Position numbers and translations under genes: made by a program. Below are positions 39,967 to 49,237 of a DNA stretch of 64,000 bases, piece after piece. This stretch comes from Clostridia bacterium. GTDB taxonomy: Bacteria > Bacillota > Clostridia > Christensenellales > CAG-138. Every line of letters starts with the position of its first letter. Position 1 is the first letter of the stretch. Below the pieces are notes generated by a model. It was given only the letters and a program-made list of their open reading frames with translations. It was not told the origin of the DNA and did not search any database. Location of the stretch: NCBI GenBank assembly GCA_035399665.1, contig DAOPJM010000002.1, forward strand, positions 13,484 to 77,483, in the 5' to 3' direction.

Positions 39967-40869
39967 ATGGAAGATAAGAAAGGCTTTTTCGCAAGACTGC
40001 GCGAAGGGCTGGGCAAGACAAGGAATAACTGGTTCACCAACCTGTTTTCATCTGACAGGATAGACGATGATTTCTATGACGAGCTTGAAGAAGCGCTGGT
40101 GCTTGCCGATATGGGCATGGAAACCACGGAGCTGCTGCTCCGCGAGCTAAAGTCCAAGGTCAAAGAGGATAAGCTAAAGACCGGAGCCGAAGCAAGGCAG
40201 GCTTTGATTGGGATAATTGCCGACACGGTTCGACCCATGGGCGAGTTTGCAGCCGACAAGGGCGAATGCGTCATACTTATAGTTGGAGTGAACGGCGTGG
40301 GCAAAACAACTTCGATAGGCAAGATTGCCGCTCTATATAAGGGCAAAGGCAGAAAGCCCATTATTGCGGCCGCAGATACCTTCAGAGCGGCTGCGGCAGA
40401 GCAGCTCGGCGTTTGGGCGCAGAGAGCCGATGTGCCGATGATAAAGCATGGAGAGGGCGCTGACCCGGCGGCGGTTGTCTTTGATTCAATATCCTCGTAT
40501 AAGGCGAAGGGCTGCGACCTGCTGATTTGCGATACCGCAGGCAGACTTCACAACAAGAAAAACCTCATGAACGAGCTTACCAAGATAGGCAGAGTAATAG
40601 AGCGGGAGCTTCCCAACGTTCCGCTTGAGGTGCTGCTGGTGTTGGACGCCACGACGGGACAAAACGCGCTTGTCCAGGCTAAGGCGTTCATGGAGTCCGT
40701 AAAGCTTTCGGGCGTGATCCTGACCAAGCTTGACGGCACCGCAAAGGGCGGCATAGTGGTGAACATCTACAACACTTTGAAAGTTCCCGTCCGTTTTGTA
40801 GGAGTGGGGGAGAGCGTTAACGACTTGCAGCGTTTCGACGCTGACGAATTTGCGGCGGCGCTGCTGTAA
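39967..40869 (+). CDS. ftsY: Signal recognition particle receptor FtsY
   Basis: 300 aa with NG-domain motifs GVNGVGKTT, DTAGRL and TKLDGT. Confidence 0.95.
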   Translation: MEDKKGFFARLREGLGKTRNNWFTNLFSSDRIDDDFYDELEEALVLADMGMETTELLLRELKSKVKEDKLKTGAEARQALIGIIADTVRPMGEFAADKGECVILIVGVNGVGKTTSIGKIAALYKGKGRKPIIAAADTFRAAAAEQLGVWAQRADVPMIKHGEGADPAAVVFDSISSYKAKGCDLLICDTAGRLHNKKNLMNELTKIGRVIERELPNVPLEVLLVLDATTGQNALVQAKAFMESVKLSGVILTKLDGTAKGGIVVNIYNTLKVPVRFVGVGESVNDLQRFDADEFAAALL

Positions 40870-40910
40870 TTTCGTGCATTTGATACCGCAGAGCACCTTA
40901 GTATCATTTC

Positions 40911-40938
40911 GGGGCGCCGCGCCACAGGCGCCCCTTTT
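40911..40938 (+). terminator. Intrinsic terminator after ftsY
   Basis: GGGGCGCC-gcgccaca-GGCGCCCC followed by TTTT. Confidence 0.85.
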
Positions 40939-40979
40939 CATGTCATCATCAAGATGTTTTCAATATATCAAAGTTTTTC

Positions 40980-41007
40980 TTGACAATGAAGCTGACATGT
41001 GTATAAT
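40980..41007 (+). promoter_or_regulatory. Consensus sigma-70 promoter of the ylxM-ffh operon
   Basis: TTGACA (40980-40985), a 16-nt spacer, then TATAAT (41002-41007). Confidence 0.7.
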
Positions 41008-41039
41008 TGACAAGGTGTAAAGGAGAATTACTTTACAGT

Positions 41040-41408
41040 ATGGAACATGAAACGGAACGTTTGGTAGAATTCGGACAGCTGTTGGACAGATACGGAGTAC
41101 TGCTGACCGAAAGGCAGATGAGCATCTCGGCGCAGTATGCATACGAGAACTGTTCGCTTGCCGAGATAGCCGAGCGCGAGGGAATATCAAGGCAGGGTGT
41201 GCGCGACATGCTCGTGCGTTCGGAGCTTCAATTGAGGCAGTTTGAGAATAAGCTGTCCATGGTAAAGAAACTGAAGAAGCAAGAGAAGCTGCTCGAAGAA
41301 ATCGACAGCTGCGCGCATAAGCTTGTTGAAGGCAGCGGCGAACGCGTGTTGATACTGCAAAGCCTTGAGGAACTACAAAGCATCTGGGAGGACGAAAATG
41401 GCATTTGA
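41040..41408 (+). CDS. ylxM: YlxM (UPF0122) HTH protein
   Basis: 122 aa from the ATG at 41040 (AGGAGAA RBS). It has a sigma-70 region-4-like HTH (SLAEIAEREGISRQGVRDML). The track start at 41007 lies in the -10 box. Confidence 0.85.
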   Translation: MEHETERLVEFGQLLDRYGVLLTERQMSISAQYAYENCSLAEIAEREGISRQGVRDMLVRSELQLRQFENKLSMVKKLKKQEKLLEEIDSCAHKLVEGSGERVLILQSLEELQSIWEDENGI

Positions 41409-42732
41409 AGGCATTTCATCCAAGCTGCAGGCTGTGTTCAAGAAGCTCAGCGGCAAGGGCAAGCTGAACGAGAAGGACGTCAAGGAGGCAATGCGCGAGA
41501 TAAGGCTTGCGCTCTTGGAGGCCGACGTCAACTTTCTTGTAGTAAAGGATTTCGTCAACAAGGTCAATAATCGTGCCGTGGGACATGAGGTCATGGAAAG
41601 CCTTACCCCGGGGCAGCAGGTTATCAAGATAGTCAACGAGGAGCTGACCGCTCTTATGGGCGGCACGAACTCAAAGCTTGAGTTCGGCTCCAAGAAGCCT
41701 GCCGTCATACTTATGGCGGGCTTGCAGGGCGCGGGCAAGACAACGATGTGCGGGAAGCTTGCGGTGATGCTCAAAAAGCAGTACAGTAAATCGACCTTGC
41801 TTGTTGCCTGCGATGTGTATCGCCCTGCCGCGATCGAACAGTTGAAGATAGTGGGTTCAAAGGCTGAAGCACCCGTGTTTGATATGGGTCAGGGTGATCC
41901 CGTCAAGATAGCCAAGGCGGGCGTTGCGGAGGGTATGCGCAGGTTCTGCGATGTGGTGATAATCGATACGGCAGGCAGACTGCATATCGACGGCGACATG
42001 ATGCAGGAGCTGAAGGATATAAAGGAAGCCGTACAGCCTGCGGAGATACTGCTTGTGCTTGACTCCATGACGGGCCAGGACGCTGTCAACGCCGCGAAAG
42101 CGTTCAATGAGGCTGTACCGCTTACAGGCATGATACTTACAAAGCTTGACGGCGATACAAGAGGCGGCGCCGCGATGTCCGCAAGGGCTGTCACGGGCAA
42201 GCCGATAAAGTTTATCGGTTCGGGTGAGAAGCTCACCGATATCGAACCTTTCCACCCCGACAGGATGGCTTCAAGGATACTCGGTATGGGCGACGTACTG
42301 ACGCTCATCGAGAAGGCTCAGCGCAATTTCGACGAAAAGAAGGCGGCGGAGCTGGAACGCAAGATGCGCACCGAGAGCTTTACGTTGGAGGATTTTCTTG
42401 ATCAGATGGAGCAGATGAAGGATATGGGCTCCATGGAGGAGATTCTTGCGATGGTTCCGGGGATGAGCGGCAAACTCGGCAACATTCAGATCGACGAGAA
42501 GCAGATGGCGAGGACGAAGGCTATAATCCTGTCGATGACGCCTCAAGAACGCCGAGACCCCGATGTGCTTAACGCGAGCCGAAGGCGCAGGATTGCCAAG
42601 GGCTGTGGGCTGACGGTACAGGATGTGAACCGCCTGATGAACCAGTTCGAAAGCTCCAGAAAGATGATGAAGCAGCTTTCAGGCGGCAAGTTCGGCAAGA
42701 AGGGCAGAAGGGGAAACCCCTTCGGATTTTAG
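41398..42732 (+). CDS. ffh: Signal recognition particle protein Ffh
   Basis: Motifs GLQGAGKTT, DTAGRLH and TKLDGD, plus a Met-rich M domain. GGGAGGA lies 7 nt upstream of the ATG at 41398. Confidence 0.96.
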   Translation: MAFEGISSKLQAVFKKLSGKGKLNEKDVKEAMREIRLALLEADVNFLVVKDFVNKVNNRAVGHEVMESLTPGQQVIKIVNEELTALMGGTNSKLEFGSKKPAVILMAGLQGAGKTTMCGKLAVMLKKQYSKSTLLVACDVYRPAAIEQLKIVGSKAEAPVFDMGQGDPVKIAKAGVAEGMRRFCDVVIIDTAGRLHIDGDMMQELKDIKEAVQPAEILLVLDSMTGQDAVNAAKAFNEAVPLTGMILTKLDGDTRGGAAMSARAVTGKPIKFIGSGEKLTDIEPFHPDRMASRILGMGDVLTLIEKAQRNFDEKKAAELERKMRTESFTLEDFLDQMEQMKDMGSMEEILAMVPGMSGKLGNIQIDEKQMARTKAIILSMTPQERRDPDVLNASRRRRIAKGCGLTVQDVNRLMNQFESSRKMMKQLSGGKFGKKGRRGNPFGF

Positions 42733-42788
42733 GCTAATACGGATAACCGTTTAGTATAGATAACAAAAAAGTTGGAGGAATAATAACA

Positions 42789-43031
42789 ATGTTGAAGATC
42801 AGACTGCGCAGGATGGGCGCAAAGAAGGCTCCTTTTTACCGTATCGTAGTTGCAGACTCAAGGGCTCCGCGTAATGGAGCATTTGTAGAGGAAATCGGTT
42901 ACTACAACCCCCTCACCGAGCCGGTAGAGCTTAAGGTCAACAACGAGCGCGCCGCTGAGTGGGTTAAGAACGGCGCTCAGCCCACCGACACCGTTCGCGC
43001 ACTTCTCAAGAAGTCCGGCGCGATTGAGTAA
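42789..43031 (+). CDS. rpsP: 30S ribosomal protein S16
   Basis: 80 aa with [30 protein letters not shown]. Confidence 0.97.
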   Translation: MLKIRLRRMGAKKAPFYRIVVADSRAPRNGAFVEEIGYYNPLTEPVELKVNNERAAEWVKNGAQPTDTVRALLKKSGAIE

Positions 43032-43044
43032 TCGGTGAACCGAG

Positions 43045-43272
43045 ATGGATAAGCTTGTAGAGTACATAGCCAAAGGTCTTGTTGACAGCCCCGAACTCGT
43101 CAAGGTTAATACCCGCGAGGAAGAGGACTGCATCGTAATCGAGCTGTCCGTGGGCCCCGACGACGTCGGTAAGGTCATAGGTAAACAGGGAAGGATCGCC
43201 AAGGCAATTCGCACGATAGTCAAGGCAAGCTCCGTCAATTCCGACAAAAAGTACATGGTGGAGATACTGTGA
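43045..43272 (+). CDS. KH-domain RNA-binding protein (YlqC/UPF0109)
   Basis: 75 aa with the KH GxxG motif VGKVIGKQGRIAKAIR. Confidence 0.9.
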   Translation: MDKLVEYIAKGLVDSPELVKVNTREEEDCIVIELSVGPDDVGKVIGKQGRIAKAIRTIVKASSVNSDKKYMVEIL

Positions 43273-43787
43273 CCTCTGGAACGCTTCGGATAGGCGTCAT
43301 AGTAAAACCGCATGGGGTGCGCGGAGCCGTGAAAGCGGAGCCGCTGACCGATCGCCCGAAGCGTTTTTCGGGCATGGATCACGCTTACCTTGAGCTGCAT
43401 GGGCAATTAATTCCCGTGCGGCTTTCGGTACACAGCGTAGCGGATTATGCGGTAATACTGCATATAGAGGGATATGACAGCCCTGAGCAAGCGGAAACGC
43501 TCCGAGGGGCTTACATTTGTGTGGACAGAGCTGAGGCGATAAGGCTTCCTAAGGACAGCTATTTCATCGCTGACCTTATCGGATGCAGGGCATACGATGA
43601 CAGCGGAGCGGAGTACGGGCTTATTACCGATGTATACCAAGGCCCCGCCAACGATGTATACGTTATTGAGGATGGGAAGCTCATGGTTCCCGCGCTCAAG
43701 AAGGTCTTGAGCAGTGTTGATGTTGTCAATAAGCGGATAGTGTTCGACTCCGAAGTACTAAAGGAGGTCGGGCTTTTTGAAGATTGA
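43269..43787 (+). CDS. rimM: 16S rRNA processing protein RimM
   Basis: 172 aa with a GTGA overlap start and [15 protein letters not shown]. Confidence 0.9.
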   Translation: MTSGTLRIGVIVKPHGVRGAVKAEPLTDRPKRFSGMDHAYLELHGQLIPVRLSVHSVADYAVILHIEGYDSPEQAETLRGAYICVDRAEAIRLPKDSYFIADLIGCRAYDDSGAEYGLITDVYQGPANDVYVIEDGKLMVPALKKVLSSVDVVNKRIVFDSEVLKEVGLFED

Positions 43788-44466
43788 CGTGATGACGCTT
43801 TTTCCCGAGATGTTCACGGGGGTGTTCGAGTCAAGCATCATAGGCAGAGCGCAGGAAAGCGGGCTTGTCGAGATTCAGACGCACAATATACGCGACTATA
43901 CCGACAACAAGCACCGCAAGACCGATGATTACCCCTTCGGCGGGGGAGCGGGCATGGTGATGATGGTGCAGCCCATCGTTGATTGCTTTGAAAGCGTGCT
44001 GGGCGATACACCAACAAAACGCATACTGCTCACTCCACGCGGGAAGCTTTTGACCCCTGAAATTGCGGGAAGGCTTGCAAAGGAGCAGCATATAGCTTTG
44101 CTGTGCGGCCATTATGAAGGGGTCGATGAACGGGTAATGTCGGTTATCGACGAGGAGATATCCATAGGGGATTATGTGCTGACGGGCGGCGAGCTTGCGG
44201 CGATGGTGCTTGTGGACTGCCTTTTGAGATTTGTTCCCGGAGTTCTCGGCAGCGAGGACAGCGCGGAGGACGAATCATTCTCAAACGGTCTGTTAGAGTA
44301 TCCGCAGTATACAAGACCCGCGGAGTTTAGAGGCATGGAAGTCCCCGACATACTGCTTTCAGGGCATCACGCCAATATTCAAAAATGGCGGCATGAGCAA
44401 TCCCAAAAAAAGACGCGGGAGCAAAGACCCGAACTGCTGGGCAACTTCGGAAAATACGAGGATTAG
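43777..44466 (+). CDS. trmD: tRNA (guanine37-N1)-methyltransferase
   Basis: 229 aa with TLFPEMF and [10 protein letters not shown]...[12 protein letters not shown] start with AAGGAGG 10 nt upstream. Confidence 0.95.
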   Translation: MKIDVMTLFPEMFTGVFESSIIGRAQESGLVEIQTHNIRDYTDNKHRKTDDYPFGGGAGMVMMVQPIVDCFESVLGDTPTKRILLTPRGKLLTPEIAGRLAKEQHIALLCGHYEGVDERVMSVIDEEISIGDYVLTGGELAAMVLVDCLLRFVPGVLGSEDSAEDESFSNGLLEYPQYTRPAEFRGMEVPDILLSGHHANIQKWRHEQSQKKTREQRPELLGNFGKYED

Positions 44467-44510
44467 CCCAAATATTACAATAATATAGGCGGAAATGGCG
44501 GAAAAAACCC

Positions 44511-44539
44511 TTGCAAACGCATTGCTTGTGTGCTATAAT
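44511..44539 (+). promoter_or_regulatory. Consensus extended -10 promoter for rplS
   Basis: TTGCAA (44511-44516), a 17-nt spacer, then TGc-TATAAT (44534-44539). This predicts a leader of about 75 nt. Confidence 0.7.
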
Positions 44540-44619
44540 CCGCTTTGGCGCGGCTGGTCCAATGTCCTTTTTGTGGATATGAACGGTCGGATATAAAAAT
44601 ATCACAGGAGGATAATTAA

Positions 44620-44982
44620 ATGTCAGACATCATCAGAGAGCTTGAAAAGGAACAGCTCAGGACAGATTTGCCGAAGATCGAAGTAGGAGATCAGGTTCGC
44701 GTATTCGTGAAGGTCGTCGAGGGCAACCGCGAGAGGCTTCAGAACTTCGAAGGCACCATCATCAAGATTCAGGGCGGCGGTATCCGCAAGTCATTCACCG
44801 TTCGCCGCGTTTCTTACGGCGTAGGCGTAGAGCGTACCTTTGCTTACAACAGCCCGCGTCTTGGCAAGATTGAAATTGTCCGTCACGGCGTAGTTCGCAG
44901 AGCGAAGCTGTACTACCTCAGAGACAGAGTAGGCAAGGCCGCTAAGATTCGCGAGCGCATCGTTGAGAACAAGGAGAAATAA
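44620..44982 (+). CDS. rplS: 50S ribosomal protein L19
   Basis: 120 aa with [23 protein letters not shown]. Confidence 0.97.
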   Translation: MSDIIRELEKEQLRTDLPKIEVGDQVRVFVKVVEGNRERLQNFEGTIIKIQGGGIRKSFTVRRVSYGVGVERTFAYNSPRLGKIEIVRHGVVRRAKLYYLRDRVGKAAKIRERIVENKEK

Positions 44983-44990
44983 GAGCATGA

Positions 44991-45024
44991 CAAGCTCCGA
45001 CCGCAAAGTCGGAGCTTGGTTTTT
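44991..45024 (+). terminator. Intrinsic terminator after rplS
   Basis: CAAGCTCCGAC-cgcaaa-GTCGGAGCTTG forms an 11-bp stem followed by gTTTTT. Confidence 0.85.
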
Positions 45025-45040
45025 ATAAAAGAGGGCATTT

Positions 45041-46057
45041 ATGCAAATTCAATGGTACCCGGGGCATATGGCCAAAACTCGCCGTATGCTTGCGGAGAAT
45101 CTAAAGCTTATAGATTTAGTGATAGAGCTTGTTGACGCAAGAGCGCCGCTTGCGACAAGGAATCCTGATTTTGACGATTTGTTTGCGGGAAAGACTCGCT
45201 TAATCGTTCTGAACAAGAGTGATCTTGCCTCCGCTGCCGTCACCCGCCAATGGGTAAACTACTACAAGGCGAACGGTATAGCTGCAGTTGCGGTGAATTC
45301 ATCAATGAGCGGTTCCGCCAAGCCTGTCTTGGCGGCGATAGAGCAGGCATCGCGTGAAAAGGTGCAGAAGCTTTCACAAAAGGGCATCAAAGCGACTGTA
45401 AGAGCCATGGCGGTGGGCATTCCCAATGTCGGGAAGTCCACGCTCATAAACTGTATCGCGGGAGCGGGAAGAGCGCGTACAGGCGATAAGCCCGGTATTA
45501 CCCGAGGCAAGCAATGGGTGAGGATAACCCCTTACTTAGAGCTTATGGATTCGCCGGGTATGCTCTGGCCTAAGCTTGAGAACGAGACTTACGCCATGCA
45601 CCTTGGGTTCATAGGTTCTATCAACGACGAGGTCATGGACAAGGAACAGCTTGCGACCGAGCTGCTGTCCTGCTTGAACTCCATATGCCCCGCGCAGCTT
45701 TCAGAGAGGTACAAGCGCATTACCGCGGATACTCCCAAGGAGGAGCTGCTGAACGCTTTGGCAAGAAGCAGGGGCTTCCTGCTTTCGGGCGGAGTATGCG
45801 ACGAGGAGAGAGCCGCCGACATAGCCTTGGACGAGTTTAGAGCGGGCAAGATTGCAAAGGTTTCGTTGGAGCTGCCGCCCAAGCCCAAGAGCGACGAGAC
45901 TCATGGGGAAAGCGTGGAGACTGCGGACGAGAAGGCGGAAAACGCTGAGGATAAGACGAAAAAGTCTGTGGATAAGACTGAAACGGCTGTGGATGGAGCA
46001 GGGGTATCCGTGGAAACGGACGAGAACCCTGTGGATAATTCCACGGATTTGTCGTGA
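45041..46057 (+). CDS. rbgA: Ribosome biogenesis GTPase A (YlqF/RbgA) with an acidic C-terminal extension
   Basis: 338 aa with QWYPGHMAKT and the circularly permuted G motifs NKSDL ... GIPNVGKST ... DSPG. The last ~55 aa are an extra Glu/Asp/Lys/Thr-rich tail. Confidence 0.9.
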   Translation: MQIQWYPGHMAKTRRMLAENLKLIDLVIELVDARAPLATRNPDFDDLFAGKTRLIVLNKSDLASAAVTRQWVNYYKANGIAAVAVNSSMSGSAKPVLAAIEQASREKVQKLSQKGIKATVRAMAVGIPNVGKSTLINCIAGAGRARTGDKPGITRGKQWVRITPYLELMDSPGMLWPKLENETYAMHLGFIGSINDEVMDKEQLATELLSCLNSICPAQLSERYKRITADTPKEELLNALARSRGFLLSGGVCDEERAADIALDEFRAGKIAKVSLELPPKPKSDETHGESVETADEKAENAEDKTKKSVDKTETAVDGAGVSVETDENPVDNSTDLS

Positions 46058-46073
46058 CAAGGAACAGGATGCT

Positions 46074-46709
46074 ATGAGCAGGAGCGGTAATCGTGAGACC
46101 GAGCAAGAGCGCATTTTGCGCTTGCTTGCAACCGATATGGAATACGCCAAGGACGGAGCTTTGCCTGCGGGAATGGATGAGGTCGGGCGTGGTCCGCTTG
46201 CGGGGCCTGTGGTCGTGTGCTGCGTGGTTATGCCGACAAACCCTTTAGTGCATTATGTCAATGATTCCAAGAAGATAGCGGAGCATCGCAGAAGTCTTCT
46301 GTATGACGAGCTTACCTTGGCAAGTCTTGATTACGCTGCGGGTTGGGTTTGGCCGAATGTCATAGACGAAATAAACATCCTGCAAGCTACAAAGCGCGCC
46401 TTTTGCGAGGCCTTTGCAGCTATGAAGCTTCCCATAGACGATGTTATGATAGACGCGCTTATGGGTCTGGACATTTCGGCAAGGCAGCATTCCCTGATAC
46501 ACGGGGACGCAAGGTCGTATTCCATAGCCTGCGCCTCCATAATCGCGAAGGTGACGCGTGACAGGTATATGCAGGAGCAGGACAAGCTCTATCCGCAGTA
46601 TGGGTTTGCCTCGAACAAGGGTTACGGAACGGTGCAGCATATCGCGGCCCTGCGCGAATACGGGCCTTGTCCCATACACAGAATGAGCTTTATAGGTAAG
46701 TTCATATGA
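46074..46709 (+). CDS. rnhB: Ribonuclease HII
   Basis: 211 aa from the ATG at 46074 (AAGGAACAGGA upstream), with GMDEVGRGPLAGPVV. The track start at 45852 is an Arg-rich out-of-frame overlap of the rbgA tail. Confidence 0.9.
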   Translation: MSRSGNRETEQERILRLLATDMEYAKDGALPAGMDEVGRGPLAGPVVVCCVVMPTNPLVHYVNDSKKIAEHRRSLLYDELTLASLDYAAGWVWPNVIDEINILQATKRAFCEAFAAMKLPIDDVMIDALMGLDISARQHSLIHGDARSYSIACASIIAKVTRDRYMQEQDKLYPQYGFASNKGYGTVQHIAALREYGPCPIHRMSFIGKFI

Positions 46710-47062
46710 GCGCCGACACAATGAAAATCGGCAGGCAGGGGGAAAGGCTTGCCGCCCGTTATCTTTGGTGGAGGGGGTATGCCATACTTGAACGAAACTA
46801 CCGAAGGGGACATCATGAGATAGACCTTATAGCGTTTCATAGGAGCAGTAAAACGCTTGTGTTCGTTGAGGTCAAGTCCAGGACGTCCACGGAGTTTGGA
46901 TTACCGCGTGAATATGTCAACAAGAATAAGCAAAGATTCGTAAAACAAGCAGCTATGGCATATCTTGGCGGCTGCCCCAAAAGCTACAAGACGATTCGCT
47001 TTGACGTCATAGAGGTGTATATGCCGCAGGGCAGGATAGAGCATCTGCAAAACGCTTTTTAG
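46706..47062 (+). CDS. yraN: YraN-family (UPF0102) endonuclease-like protein
   Basis: 118 aa with GERLAARYL...ILERNYR...EIDLIA...VFVEVKSR. Confidence 0.85.
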   Translation: MSADTMKIGRQGERLAARYLWWRGYAILERNYRRGHHEIDLIAFHRSSKTLVFVEVKSRTSTEFGLPREYVNKNKQRFVKQAAMAYLGGCPKSYKTIRFDVIEVYMPQGRIEHLQNAF

Positions 47063-47161
47063 ATAACGGTATAAAAGTTTATAATATGTACGCTTGCCTG
47101 TGTAAAACAGGATTGATTTTGCATACGACTTTGTGCTATGATATGAAAGACAAAATATGGG

Positions 47162-49237
47162 ATGGTGCAAACATTGAAGAATAACAGGTTGATTCTTAAG
47201 ACTGCACGGACGGCGCTCCTGACCGCCCTGATTCTTGTCCTGTCTTTACAGCTCTTTGGCTGCGGCGGGACGAGCGTTTCGGAGCAGAGCTTCGACTTCA
47301 CCGTCACTGAGAATGGTTTACCGAAGGGATGGGAGATTAACTCATATGAGAATGAGTATGAGTGCTCCACCGCAAACGGGGTCATAACCCTTTCTTCAGA
47401 GATAGCTGATGACTTAAGGGCGACTATCGAAGTCTCTGTGTCGCCAAACACTAAGTATATACTGCGCGGCTATATCAAGACCGACAATGTCCAAGACGGG
47501 CGCGGAGCTTCGCTCTCGATAGACAATTACTCCGTCGATAAGAGCTGCGTGTACAGTACCGGTATACTGGGCTCTAATGATTGGCAGGAGGTTGAATTAA
47601 CCTTTGAGACTATCAAGAAGCAGGATACCATCGTAGTTGCTCTGCGACTGGGCGGATACAGCGAAGCAAGTTCGGGCAGCGTCAGCTTCAGGGACGTCAG
47701 TCTCGTTCAAGACGACAGCTCCGATCAGTACTACCAGCCCTTGAACCCGTGGTCGAGTTCAACCAACGACAGCGACAGCGACACAGTTGACGCCGAAACC
47801 CTCAAGGCGTTCTTTGCGGTTATCAACTGGGCAGCAGTGATAGCCGCCGTGGTGTTGATTGCGGGAGTTCTTGCAAACCGCAGGCGCATCATGAAGCTGA
47901 ATCTTTCGGATTCGCGCTACAAGCTTGGTATAGCCATAGTCATTGTGGCGGGGCTTATCATTCGTTTCCTGCTTGTCGCCAAGTATAAGGGCCATGACAC
48001 CGACATGAACTGCTGGATAGCCTGGGGCAACATGATAGCATCGGGCAACATAAGCACCTTCTATGTGGGTACCTGGTATGACTACCCGCCCGCTTATATG
48101 CTTGTTCTTGGGCTTTTGAGTGCGATAGTCAATTTCTTTGGGATAAACACAAGTTCAGCATTCGGCCTGTTCTGCTACAACATTCCTCCGATACTGGGCG
48201 ACATTGGCTGCATGGTGCTGCTGATGAAGGCTGCGCAAAAGCGCGGTTTGCCCAAGTCGTATGTGCTGACGCTCGGAGCGCTGGTGTTCCTGAATCCGGC
48301 GGCCATGTTCCTGTCCGGCGCATGGTGTCAGATTGATTGCATACTGACCTTCTTCCTGGTACTCTCTTTCATACTTATCAATCAGAACAGGCGCATACCG
48401 GCCGCTTTGGTCTATGCCACCGCGGTACTGTTTAAGTGGCAGGCGTTGATGTTTGGGCCCATACTCGCGGTTTACTACATCGTCACCATATACAAGAGCA
48501 GGAATGTGATGCGCGATATATGGCTGACGGTGGCGGGCGTTGCCTCCGCTCTTGCGCTTATCTTTGTAGTGTCGTTACCCTTTAAGGGAACGCAGTCGTT
48601 GTTCTGGATAGTCGAGAAGTTCATAGCGGCGCAAGGCAGCTATGATTACGCAAGCGTTGAAGCCTATAACTTCATAGCTCTGTGCGGCGGCAACTGGCCA
48701 ACCGCTTCCGCCGATGAGTTCATACTCGGAATATCCTATAAGGCATTCGGGGTCTTTTCTATTGCTATTGCCATAATCGCAGGCTCGGTCGCGATGATAT
48801 CGACGCGCAGAAATCAAGTGCTGTCCATCAAGACGCCGATTAGCAGGGAAGGGCTGCTGTTCCTGACCTCGGCCTTTGTGATGAGCTGGATATTCACCTT
48901 TGGTCACTACATGCATGAACGCTATATATTCCCGGTGCTGTTCATGCTGCTCTTTGCCTATGTGTACTGCAAGGACTGGAGGCTGTTGCTGCTGTCAATG
49001 CTGTTTACCATCACCTGCTTTGCAAACGAGATGACGGCAATGTACGTTGTTTCGGATGCCGCCGCCGATGTAGTTCGCGGCGGAAGGGAGCACTCCGACA
49101 TGATAAGGTTCTGGTCGGCTGTCGAAACTGCGGTGGAAATATACTTCGCTTACGTTATGATAAAGCTTGTTGCCAAGCCTGCGGAAATGATACAAGGAGG
49201 TGAGACGAATGGCAAAAGCATGGCGAAAGGACGATAG
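47162..49237 (+). CDS. GT-C-fold polytopic membrane glycosyltransferase with an N-terminal lipobox signal and a CBM-like jelly-roll domain
   Basis: 691 aa. In order it has a signal/lipobox LSLQLFGC, a ~170-aa domain with a CBM4_9-like pattern (GWEINSYEN, KYILRGYIKTDNV, WQEVELTFET, GSVSFRDVSLV) and a Ser/Asp linker. After that come about 10-12 TM segments with the loop-1 acidic motif GHDTDMNCW and YDYPPAYM. The exact GT family was not determined. The RBS is weak, so the start is uncertain. Confidence 0.6.
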   Translation: MVQTLKNNRLILKTARTALLTALILVLSLQLFGCGGTSVSEQSFDFTVTENGLPKGWEINSYENEYECSTANGVITLSSEIADDLRATIEVSVSPNTKYILRGYIKTDNVQDGRGASLSIDNYSVDKSCVYSTGILGSNDWQEVELTFETIKKQDTIVVALRLGGYSEASSGSVSFRDVSLVQDDSSDQYYQPLNPWSSSTNDSDSDTVDAETLKAFFAVINWAAVIAAVVLIAGVLANRRRIMKLNLSDSRYKLGIAIVIVAGLIIRFLLVAKYKGHDTDMNCWIAWGNMIASGNISTFYVGTWYDYPPAYMLVLGLLSAIVNFFGINTSSAFGLFCYNIPPILGDIGCMVLLMKAAQKRGLPKSYVLTLGALVFLNPAAMFLSGAWCQIDCILTFFLVLSFILINQNRRIPAALVYATAVLFKWQALMFGPILAVYYIVTIYKSRNVMRDIWLTVAGVASALALIFVVSLPFKGTQSLFWIVEKFIAAQGSYDYASVEAYNFIALCGGNWPTASADEFILGISYKAFGVFSIAIAIIAGSVAMISTRRNQVLSIKTPISREGLLFLTSAFVMSWIFTFGHYMHERYIFPVLFMLLFAYVYCKDWRLLLLSMLFTITCFANEMTAMYVVSDAAADVVRGGREHSDMIRFWSAVETAVEIYFAYVMIKLVAKPAEMIQGGETNGKSMAKGR

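Noticed and set aside
45852-46073. N-terminal 74-codon extension of rnhB in the ORF track, an Arg/Lys/Trp-rich frame overlapping the rbgA tail
   Set aside because: The conserved RNase HII sequence begins only after the ATG at 46074, which has its own RBS. The extension is the +1 frame of the repetitive rbgA tail. Similar track extensions were trimmed for rimP (16278), the dUTPase-like gene (28206), the HlyD-like gene (28537), plsX (34283), rnc (35666), ylxM (41007), ffh (41365), trmFO (56339), sigK (60994), the MocA-like gene (9677) and guaD (9007).
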